Shown: positions 46,296 to 55,600 of the stretch, in pieces
Layout of the letters: each line of letters opens with the position of its first letter
Numbering within the stretch: position 1 is the stretch's first letter
From: a virus
Lineage: Duplodnaviria; Caudoviricetes
Virus record (IMG/VR): IMGVR_UViG_3300030372_001977
Location: 1-64,000 of that record
Reading direction: 5' to 3' (one strand)
DNA: 64,000 bases
The notes under the pieces: generated by a model
What the model was told of the DNA's origin: nothing
Database searches by the model: none
What the model saw: the letters and a program-made list of their open reading frames with translations, nothing else
Made by a program: the position numbers and the translations under genes

Positions 46296-47146
46296 TAGAA
46301 AGAGTTATCAGAAAGTCTATGCTAATTAGACCTTCAGGTAGATCTACAGATTTTATATCACCAAGCTTTGGTTATGGCTGTTTATATAACTGCTCTTACT
46401 GCTACATGAAACGACATAAAGATAAAGGTCTTACAGTGGCTAGTAACACAGGAGATATATTAACAGCTATAAATAACCATGCTTTCTTTACACCGGTAGA
46501 TAAACCTAATCAAACACATTCACAATTTACAACATATGATATTAGTTGTAATGAAGACTTTGCTTTGCACGCTAAGCATCATGATTGGAAAAAGATATTT
46601 GAATTCTTTAGAGACCATCCTGTTGCTATGGGCAGTTTTGCTACAAAGTATGTTAATCCTATTCTTAAGGATTTTAATCCAGAAGGTAAAGTGCGGATAA
46701 GATTTAGTCTTATGCCTCAGCACAAATCAGATTTACATGAACCAAAGACATCTAAAATTATAGATAGAATAAAAGCTATTGATGCATTTATAGATGCTGG
46801 TTATGATGTGCATGTTAACTACAGTCCTATTATTGTATATGATGGGTGGTTAGATGACTATGCAGATCTATTTCATATGATGAATGAACATGTTAAGTAT
46901 AAGGATCAGGTATTAGCAGAGTGTATATTTCTTACACATAATTTTAAAAAGCATACTATTAATCTAGGCAGACATCCAGAGACAGAGGTAGATCTTTGGG
47001 TACTTACAAAACAGGAGCTTAAAACCTCACAGTATGGAGGTGAGAATGTACGATACAAACTTGGGATGAAGTCCGAGTATATAAATCAATTTAAACAATT
47101 ACACAAATCAATTGTACCATGGAATAAGATAAGGTACATATTTTAA
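46292..47146 (+). CDS. splB: spore photoproduct lyase-like radical SAM protein
   Basis: GCLYNCSYCYM (CxxxCxYCY), ISCNED, FATK, RIRFSLMP, HVNYSPII. Confidence 0.8.
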   Translation: MIERVIRKSMLIRPSGRSTDFISPSFGYGCLYNCSYCYMKRHKDKGLTVASNTGDILTAINNHAFFTPVDKPNQTHSQFTTYDISCNEDFALHAKHHDWKKIFEFFRDHPVAMGSFATKYVNPILKDFNPEGKVRIRFSLMPQHKSDLHEPKTSKIIDRIKAIDAFIDAGYDVHVNYSPIIVYDGWLDDYADLFHMMNEHVKYKDQVLAECIFLTHNFKKHTINLGRHPETEVDLWVLTKQELKTSQYGGENVRYKLGMKSEYINQFKQLHKSIVPWNKIRYIF

Positions 47147-47157
47147 ATCAATTAAAC

Positions 47158-48330
47158 ATGAGAACAGTTCAAGACCAACTCTCCCGTATATCAAAAACAC
47201 TGATATTTACGGAGCCTTTCTACGGTATATTTCTTATTGGAATGCAAAAAGAATTCAGTAAGCAATGCGCTACCGCAGGTGTAGGAAAACACGGCATAGG
47301 AATGAGGTTAGTTATAAATCCGGATTTCTTTGCAGAACTTAGTGAGCCACATCAACACGGCTTGCTAAAACATGAGCTATTACACATAGCTTTTGGGCAT
47401 CTTATATTGGCAGATAAATATCCTAATAAAAAGCTATTTAACATAGCTGCAGATATAGAAATCAATCAATATATAGATCGTAACATGCTGCCAGATGGCG
47501 GATTAACTTTGGATACATTTAAAGATCTTAATTTACCAAGAAAAGCTGGTACAGATAAATACTATAAGCTATTAGAAGATACCATGGATAAAGATGGTAA
47601 TAGCAGCTCTGATAGATTGCAGGGTATACTAGATCAAATGGACGGTAACAGTCAGTATGATCATAAGTTATGGGATGAGGTTACAGATTTACCTGAAGCA
47701 GAGAAGAAACTAGTGCAAAAGCAATACGAGCATCAGATGAAGACTACTGCAGAAGAGATCCAGAAGAAGCACGGGACAATCCCTGGGGAATTAGCGGAAA
47801 TTATCGAAAGATTATTTAAAGTAGATCCTCCTAAATTCAACTGGAAGCAGTATCTTAAAAGGTTTATTAACAACGCATCTAAAATCTATACTAAAAAGCT
47901 GCGTAGAAAGTATAACAAGAGATACTCAGGGAATCCGGGTCTTAAGATTAAGCATAAAAATCACGTGCTTGTAGGCGTTGATACTTCAGGATCTGTAAGC
48001 AGCTCAGAGCTTGTAGAGTTTATGAATGAGTTATGTCATATGCATAAGACTGGTAATCAAATTACTGTAGCGCAGTTTGATACACAGCTTACTAGTGTAG
48101 AAGAATTCAATCCTAGAAAAAACTGGGAAATAAAAGGTAGAGGTGGTACATGTTTTCAGCCGGTTACAGATCATTATAATGACCCTAAAAACAAATACTC
48201 TGCTTTTATATGTCTTACAGACGGTGAGGCCCCTAATCCAGAAGGATGTCCACAGAATGCATTGTGGGTACACAGCAGCGCATCTAGAATAAACGAAGAG
48301 CTAACTGGAATAAAAATTCAATTAAATTAA
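47158..48330 (+). CDS. DUF2201-type metallopeptidase-like + vWA domain protein
   Basis: LKHELLHIAFGH, NIAADIEINQ, MIDAS VDTSGS, GRGGT.F, LTDG. Confidence 0.88.
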   Translation: MRTVQDQLSRISKTLIFTEPFYGIFLIGMQKEFSKQCATAGVGKHGIGMRLVINPDFFAELSEPHQHGLLKHELLHIAFGHLILADKYPNKKLFNIAADIEINQYIDRNMLPDGGLTLDTFKDLNLPRKAGTDKYYKLLEDTMDKDGNSSSDRLQGILDQMDGNSQYDHKLWDEVTDLPEAEKKLVQKQYEHQMKTTAEEIQKKHGTIPGELAEIIERLFKVDPPKFNWKQYLKRFINNASKIYTKKLRRKYNKRYSGNPGLKIKHKNHVLVGVDTSGSVSSSELVEFMNELCHMHKTGNQITVAQFDTQLTSVEEFNPRKNWEIKGRGGTCFQPVTDHYNDPKNKYSAFICLTDGEAPNPEGCPQNALWVHSSASRINEELTGIKIQLN

Positions 48331-48349
48331 TCAATTAAACAATAAAATT

Positions 48350-49528
48350 ATGAACCAAGTAAATTTAAACATCGATGAACTACAAAATTTTGTAGGGCAC
48401 ATTATTAACAACAACCGGCACTTACAGAGTGAAGGTAAAAAACCTGTAGCTATAGAAGTTGTAGGTGAATCAGGTATAGGTAAAACTACTAGTATTATGG
48501 ACATGACTAAATCTCATGGCCTAGACTTTGTAAAGCTAAATCTAGCACAGATAGAAGAGCTAGGTGACCTTGTAGGTTTCCCTATAAAGCAGTTCCAAAT
48601 GTGGAATACTAAGGATGGTAAGAAGATAGGTAAGTGGGTAGATGAGGTAGCAGTAAAAGATCATTCTAATGATGGGTGGAAAACTACAGGTAAAAGCAAG
48701 ATGTCATACAGTGCACCAGAGTGGATTGCAGATAAAAAAGCCGGTGGTGTATTGTTGCTAGATGACTGGAATCGTGCAGATGTAAGATTTATACAAGCAT
48801 GCATGGAATTGGTAGATAGACAACAGTATATATCATGGACCCTTCCAAAGGACTGGCACATTATATTGACTGCAAATCCTGACAACGGTGACTACATGGT
48901 AAACTCTGTAGATGCAGCACAGAAGACACGTTATATTACAGCTAATCTTAAGTTTGATATAGATGTGTGGGCTAGATGGGCAGAAGAAAATAGTATAGAC
49001 TCTAGATGTATTAACTTCTTGTTATTACACCCGGAGCTAGTTACACAGGAGACTAATGCTAGATCTATATCAACGTTCTTTAACAGTATTTCTAGTATAA
49101 AGAGCTTTGAAGAGCAGCTGCCTCTAATCCAAATGATTGGTGAAGGCTCAGTGGGTAACGAGTTTGCTTCTATGTTTACTACATTTATTAATAATAAATT
49201 AGACAAACTAGTGACACCAAAGGACGTAGTTCTTGGGAAAGAAGAGGAAATACTACCACGTTTAGGTGAGTGTATAGGTCAGGGAGAAAACTACAGAGCT
49301 GATATAGCTAGTATTTTAGCTACTCGTATAGCCAATTTCTCTGTTGCATACTCAAAAACTGACACTGTAACGCCAAAAATGCAAGAGCGTCTCGTTACGC
49401 TGTGCACAGGAAGCTATTTTACTAATGACTTAAAGTACCTTGTTGTTAGGACTATATTCAACGGCAATAAATCGAAGTTTAACCAGATGATGATGAATCC
49501 TCACATTATCAAAATGACAATTAAATAA
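48350..49528 (+). CDS. MoxR-like AAA+ ATPase
   Basis: GESGIGKT, LGDLVGFP, LLLDDWNRA, ILTANP, NARS. Confidence 0.88.
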   Translation: MNQVNLNIDELQNFVGHIINNNRHLQSEGKKPVAIEVVGESGIGKTTSIMDMTKSHGLDFVKLNLAQIEELGDLVGFPIKQFQMWNTKDGKKIGKWVDEVAVKDHSNDGWKTTGKSKMSYSAPEWIADKKAGGVLLLDDWNRADVRFIQACMELVDRQQYISWTLPKDWHIILTANPDNGDYMVNSVDAAQKTRYITANLKFDIDVWARWAEENSIDSRCINFLLLHPELVTQETNARSISTFFNSISSIKSFEEQLPLIQMIGEGSVGNEFASMFTTFINNKLDKLVTPKDVVLGKEEEILPRLGECIGQGENYRADIASILATRIANFSVAYSKTDTVTPKMQERLVTLCTGSYFTNDLKYLVVRTIFNGNKSKFNQMMMNPHIIKMTIK

Positions 49529-49530
49529 TT

Positions 49531-50565
49531 ATGGCAAGCAAAAACATACACGATGGTCCATACCCAGACGCAGAATTAACTGCGCTTGGGTTTGAGGACC
49601 CAGAAGTTGTTGGCATGGTCCAAAACAACTTAGATGTAGTAGATCTAGTTTTATCAGAATCTCTTGCACAATATGACAAAGTAAAAAGTCTTTTAGAAAC
49701 TGAAACAACTAATGATTTAACTACAGTTAAAAAAGCTTTTATATTACCTATGGCTGATGTATCTACAGATAGACTAAAGTCAGCGCTTAAGGAGCATAAG
49801 ATTACTGTTACTAATGATTATGAGAAAGCTGATTTTATTATACCGCATCTTAACTTTTATGATTCTTATTCATCAATTGACCCTATACCGCAAACTAAAA
49901 TGATGTTTCATTTAAAAAATGGTTATTATTGTAATGACCATAGAGAATGTGTAAGAGATTATTATGATAGAACAGATAATAATGTTATATTAGACAAACG
50001 TAGTCTAGGTGATAAGTATCAGCATAATGTAGATTATGAAAGTTTACCTTATGATAGTTATGTTTTTAGTAACATGGCTATTTGTATTGCTAATCTAGTA
50101 GATAGCGGTGTATTGCAAGTTGTAGAAACAGATACTATTCTTAATCAGTCTGCAAACAGGGTCCCTATGACAAAAGAACTTATGGAGGATCTTGAAAAGA
50201 TGACAAGTGGTTATTCTGTTAGTGATGAGGAATTACAAATGGCAGGTAAGATTATACCTACTATTGATCCTACAGGAGAACCGTATTTATTATACAAAGC
50301 TGCTAAAGATTTTCTAGGTGGTATAGATTATAAGTACAGTAGAAATAAGGATGTGTTGTATTGGTTAGACAAACATAATATATCAATACTAGCACGTAAA
50401 AGTGCTGAACAAGCTATTAAGTATTTTGAAGACAAAGATATGTTAGACTCAAGATGCTTTAGAGCTTTGGAGGTAGAATGTAGAAAAGAGATACAAATCC
50501 ACAATAGGGAATTGTATACATTTAAAGTTCAAGTTAAACCCGAGTATAGAAAGTACATGAAGTAA
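49531..50565 (+). CDS. hypothetical protein with a possible BRCT-like domain
   Basis: KAFILP...LKSALKEHKITVTNDYEKADFII; coupled to the MoxR gene. Confidence 0.5.
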   Translation: MASKNIHDGPYPDAELTALGFEDPEVVGMVQNNLDVVDLVLSESLAQYDKVKSLLETETTNDLTTVKKAFILPMADVSTDRLKSALKEHKITVTNDYEKADFIIPHLNFYDSYSSIDPIPQTKMMFHLKNGYYCNDHRECVRDYYDRTDNNVILDKRSLGDKYQHNVDYESLPYDSYVFSNMAICIANLVDSGVLQVVETDTILNQSANRVPMTKELMEDLEKMTSGYSVSDEELQMAGKIIPTIDPTGEPYLLYKAAKDFLGGIDYKYSRNKDVLYWLDKHNISILARKSAEQAIKYFEDKDMLDSRCFRALEVECRKEIQIHNRELYTFKVQVKPEYRKYMK

Positions 50566-50572
50566 CTGAGGA

Positions 50573-50670
50573 GAGTTGTCATGCAACTCGTGTTTAATTG
50601 ATTGCATATATAGGGGAGCGCACTGATTGCAAAAGTAACGTGCACGACATTCAGTGTCCCCCTTTATATG
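50573..50670 (+). other. intergenic double stem-loop, candidate cis-regulatory RNA
   Basis: GAGTTG/CAACTC hairpin; nested CATATA/TATATG, GGGGA/TCCCC, CACTGA/TCAGTG and TGCA/TGCA stems. Confidence 0.5.
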
Positions 50671-50694
50671 TTTAACCTAATAAAAATTAAATAA

Positions 50695-51444
50695 ATGAAA
50701 GACACAACAGCTTTAATAGATGGCGATAGTTTAATCTATTATGAGATGGGTAAACCTACCCTAGAAGAGGCATTGCAAGGTTTGGATACTAGAATTAGAA
50801 CTATGATTGAGCAATGCGGAGCAAATAAATACGCTGGATTTTTGACATCTGGTAAGTGTTTTAGATATGCAGCAGCTAAAACAAAACCTTACAAAGGCAA
50901 TAGAAAGTATGGAGATAAACCTATTATATTTCCTGCGTTAAAGGAATACTTAAGACAGGAATGGAAGTTTATATCTGTCCCTGAATTGGAAGCAGATGAT
51001 TTAGTTTCTGTGTATCATGACCCTATGAAAACTGTTATATGTAGCCCTGATAAGGATGTACTATATCAAAACAAGGTACATAATTATAACTATGGAAAAG
51101 CAGAATTTGTGACTATAGATGAAAATGATTCTATAAGATTTTTATGGAAACAAATGCTTATGGGAGACTCAACTGATGGTATTACAGGTATACCAAAGGT
51201 GGGCCCAAAAACAGCTGATACATGGTTAAAAAGCTTGCTTCCAGACGAAATGCCATCGTTTGTTTTAAATAAATACATAGAAAAATTTGGATATGCGGCA
51301 GGAATTACTAACTTTGCAGAGACATTTAAACTTGTGTATATCCTAAAAACCAAGGAAGACGTTCTGAGGGAAACTGGCATCGAGCTACCTGAATTAGTAA
51401 CTTATGATGTTAAACCTTTAAATGAAAATGACGAATGGCTGTGA
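50695..51444 (+). CDS. 5'-3' exonuclease (T7 gp6/FEN-like)
   Basis: LIDGDSL, YKGNR, LEADDL, SPDKD, MGDSTDGITGIPKVGPKTA. Confidence 0.9.
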   Translation: MKDTTALIDGDSLIYYEMGKPTLEEALQGLDTRIRTMIEQCGANKYAGFLTSGKCFRYAAAKTKPYKGNRKYGDKPIIFPALKEYLRQEWKFISVPELEADDLVSVYHDPMKTVICSPDKDVLYQNKVHNYNYGKAEFVTIDENDSIRFLWKQMLMGDSTDGITGIPKVGPKTADTWLKSLLPDEMPSFVLNKYIEKFGYAAGITNFAETFKLVYILKTKEDVLRETGIELPELVTYDVKPLNENDEWL

Positions 51445-52193
51445 AATGTACAGAACTATTATATACCCCAATAAACGCACTATCTTTTAGAATTACTGGT
51501 GGTACAAAATCCTTATCAACTACAAAGAAAGGTAATATTATTACTTCTATAGATGACCCTGATGGTACTTTTTTATCGTTAGGGACAAATCTAGAAATAA
51601 AACGTATAAAATATAAAGTAAATATTATTGAAGAGATTATAGTAAACACAACTAAATACTATAAAATATCTCTAGCTAAGAGAACTAAAGCTTCTACTTT
51701 TATTATGCCTATGTTAGGTGCAAATAAAAATTTATACTTTTGGAATAAACTATTTGTAAATTGTTTTATAGAAACTCCTGAAGATAAAAATTGTATTGCT
51801 TTACTTTATAGATGGTCTTCTAATCCTACGTATATAAAATTTGAGAAAGCTTTGACAAAATTTCAAAACTTTAGACGTAGGTATGACCCAAGCCCAAACT
51901 ATGTCATGTTTGTGTTTGATGTACCTAAGAGACATATTAGAAACTATAAAAAATTTATAGAAGGTAAATACTCTAAGTTTTCTAAAGCTTATAAAGTAGA
52001 TATTTTAGAGTTTCATGATGCAGATATAGAAGACGAGGTAGGACAAATACTATTTAGAAGTGAAAAGAGACGCAAAGCTCTAGAAAGAAAGCTTGATTCT
52101 AGATTGCCTAAAGATTCTGAGTTGTTGAGTATTATTAATATAGAAGATGAAAAATATAACCCAGAAGTATATAAACTTAAAAAATTAATATAA
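51435..52193 (+). CDS. conserved hypothetical protein
   Basis: 252-aa ORF overlapping the exonuclease stop. Confidence 0.7.
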   Translation: MAVKCTELLYTPINALSFRITGGTKSLSTTKKGNIITSIDDPDGTFLSLGTNLEIKRIKYKVNIIEEIIVNTTKYYKISLAKRTKASTFIMPMLGANKNLYFWNKLFVNCFIETPEDKNCIALLYRWSSNPTYIKFEKALTKFQNFRRRYDPSPNYVMFVFDVPKRHIRNYKKFIEGKYSKFSKAYKVDILEFHDADIEDEVGQILFRSEKRRKALERKLDSRLPKDSELLSIINIEDEKYNPEVYKLKKLI

Positions 52194-52591
52194 TGGCAAA
52201 AAAGAAAAAAGAAATAAAAATGTCTGTACCTGAAGGATTAGAGTTTAACACCTCTTATACTTTAGCAGACTTACACCAACGAGAGCATAGTAAATATTAC
52301 TACGAATCTGATAGAAATATAAATCCTTTTACAGAGAAAGACTTTGAAGGAAAATTACTAGAAGTAACTAAAGAGATAACTGATTTATTGATTAGTAAAA
52401 ACAAGGCCTATGGAGATACCGCTCTTAACCCTGTTAAAATCTTTAGTAGTTTAGATGCAACAGAAGCTTTATGTGCTAGAATTGATGATAAAATTATGCG
52501 TATAAAAAACAAAGGTATTAATGATGACACTGAAGACACCGTGTCTGATTTAATTGGATACTTGTTACTACTTAAGATGTCTAAACTATAA
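52193..52591 (+). CDS. DUF1599 / nucleotide-modification-associated (MazG-like fold) protein
   Basis: LLISKNKAYG, RIDDKIMRI, EDTVSDLIGYLLL. Confidence 0.75.
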   Translation: MAKKKKEIKMSVPEGLEFNTSYTLADLHQREHSKYYYESDRNINPFTEKDFEGKLLEVTKEITDLLISKNKAYGDTALNPVKIFSSLDATEALCARIDDKIMRIKNKGINDDTEDTVSDLIGYLLLLKMSKL

Positions 52592-52595
52592 AAAC

Positions 52596-52619
52596 AAAGG
52601 GGCTTATCGCCCCTTTTTT
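52596..52619. terminator. bidirectional terminator between the convergent blocks
   Basis: AAAGGGGC-TTATC-GCCCCTTTTT, with an A run upstream and a T run downstream. Confidence 0.85.
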
Positions 52620-52627
52620 ACTGCCCC

Positions 52628-55600
52628 TTATTGTAGTGTTGTAAACCACTTATAAGCATCACCAGGAGAACCGGATCTAGTAAATCCTCTCCATATAGGT
52701 AGTAGGTCCTCAAAATCTTTTCTTATTTTACGATCTCCTTTGTTAAATCTTCCTGTACGTCTTTGGTAGTATACGTCTTTTTCATCTACCCACGGTGCAA
52801 CACCGCTAAAGTATCCAAGGTCTGATCCTATTTGGCTCATTAATTCAAAACCTTTTTCTATTGGCCTTGCCGTTGCTGTAGGAGATCGCATAATTCTAAA
52901 TGCTTCTTTGTAACCTACAGCTGGATTCCACTGCATAATTTCTGTGTGGTATCTTTTAGCTTGGTACATAGCAAAGTTAACTGCCCAATCGTCTTCATCT
53001 GCATCTAGACTAGCTAAACCATTAACTATTGCTGCTGCAGCAATCATAGCAGATAGTTCAACAAATGTTCTCTTAACATTTTGACGTTCCATCTCTGTCA
53101 TTTTACTGTATGCAAACTCTCTATTTGATATAGACTCTCTTATCATATTCCAAAAAGATATATACATACCCTGTGTAACAGTTCCTAATTCTTCATCAAC
53201 TCTTAACGTACTTCCTCCTCCGTGACCATAACGTCTTCTAATTCCTGGTAACAGCCAGCTTCTAAACAACATTAATAGTTTACCGTATGCTCTTCTTTGC
53301 AGCATAGGCTGATGCATCTTACCTTTAGTTTGATTTGTTCTTCTACTTAAACCTTGCACTAAACCTATAAAATCTAAACGGTTAAAGTTATCTACTCTAG
53401 GGTCTACAGACATTACACCATCTTTATCTATAGTTAACATGTCGTATAAATCTGCAGGTTCTCCTTTATCATTCTTTATAACATTTCCATCACTGTCTTT
53501 TAACTTACCTTTTAAACTTCTCATTAAGCCAAGTAGTCTAGTACCGGATAGTTCATGTTCTGCAGCCTGTTGTAAAAACAATAAATTATTTGTACTTAAG
53601 AATTTTCTAGCTTTACCTCCTACTATTTGATTACCTTCATGATCTGTAAATTCTGTTAAAGCATCAAAATATTCCATTGCTTTACCAAGTTTAGTTTTAG
53701 GGTCAAATCTACCTATATCTGTCATCGCTCCCCCTTCAAACCAGTACTGAGTTTTAGCCCAAGCAAGGTCAGATGCAGACATAAATTGTTTTGCAACTGC
53801 TTCTTGCGCCATAGTAAGGTTATCAAGTATTAATTGGTTAGTACCTTGTAGCAAGTTAAATGATAGAGTGCTTATAGCTGTAAAGCTATTCAAAGCGCCT
53901 ACTGCTTTAGTTGCAGAAATTCCTCTAAAGTTTTGCTTTAGTTCATTCTGACCAAACATAACAGTATCAATCCATTCGTCAACGTGTTTAAAGTTAAATG
54001 AATCTCCTTCTTTAAGTAGTGGCATTTTGAAGCCCATAGCTTCTGCAGTTTTTTGTATATACTCTATTCCTCCTGAGTTAGTTACTAATGTTTTTCTATC
54101 TTTTATAATATCTCTAAACAACATAACTTGACCTACAACTTCTGATTTAACTTTATAGTTGTGAGCCATATGTCTAAATTTATATAAACTACTAGCAATA
54201 TCTCTAGAGACATCCGATGCTGGGACTCTATTAGTATAGTATACAGGCACACGTTTATTTAGCTCACCACTATTTTGATCATAAGTACCAAATTGGTCAT
54301 CTGTTTCTACTATAGAAAATCCTTCTTTTAATATATCTTTAGTACCCGCTAGCAAACCTTGCTCTCTAAGTCTATCAACATCTTCTTTTCTTATAGACGG
54401 CATTAAATAAGAAAACTTATCCCAAGAATTCTTATCCATACGGGTAGCCCCAACCATTTCGTGTCCTTTTTGTAACTCCTCTAAAACAAAATTATAATAT
54501 TCTTTTAGTATAGGATTATTTTGTATTTTAATATACTTTAAATTAGTATACTTATCTTTTCTAGGTCTTACCCATTCTCTCCTAGGAGAACCTGTAAGAG
54601 AGTTATAGTTTGCATCTTTAAATTTTATAAGCTCTTGCAATCTACCGGTTTGCATAGAGTACGCATCGCTGTCTTCTTGACCGTCCTCTTTTAACTTTTG
54701 TCTTAATTTTCTAGCTTGTTCTATTTGTTTATTTAAAACCTTTAGCTCTTGTCTCCAATTATCCACAGGCTCACTATTTTCTTTATCCCACTTCGTTTCT
54801 TCTTGCCTAGCCCTTTTGTAATTGTTTGATAATTTCCATGCTGAATAAGCAGCTTTAAAAGCTTCTTCAGACTGACCCTCTCTTTTTTGCGGTTGACCAT
54901 ACTCTATATTTATTTTTTTAATAAATGCTTGCTTATCTTTATAATATTTATCTGAGTCAATAGGATTAACTATAGCTAATCTTTTAACGCCCCTTATAGT
55001 TACCTCTTCTAGTAAATCATCATTTAACTTAGATACATCAGATTCAGATCTACCTTCTGCAAATTTATTATATGCGGCACTTAGTTTAGATTTAAACATA
55101 CGAGTCATGTCATTCTTTCTTAAATCCGCATCTTGTACAGACTTAACAAATAATTGTATAGCATTATCATTACTATAGATTAGTGGGTCTAGTAAGTATG
55201 AAAAACCACTCTTATCTTTATTTGCTGCTCTTAGTTGTTTAACTAAGGCCCCATAGTTAGGGATCATTTTATTTTTAAGTTGCTCTACTTTTAAATCTAC
55301 TTTTTTATTTAAGAATTCTACAGCTGTAATTTCTCCCGCATCAAAACTTTTTTTAAGCTCTTTGTATTCTATTGTTTGTGTGTTTAGTCCTTGTGTTCTT
55401 TTATACTTAATTGCATTATCAATCTGAGCTTGTAGTTGCGGATCAATTGCTTTATTATGGTAACCAGATAAAAACTGTGCCATTATAGGGATTACCTCAT
55501 CATTAAATTTCATACTATATACTCTAGCTGATCTTAAAATAGAATTTAATCTACCTTCTAGTGTATCAAACTTACCCTGATCTAAAACTTTACCCTCGTT

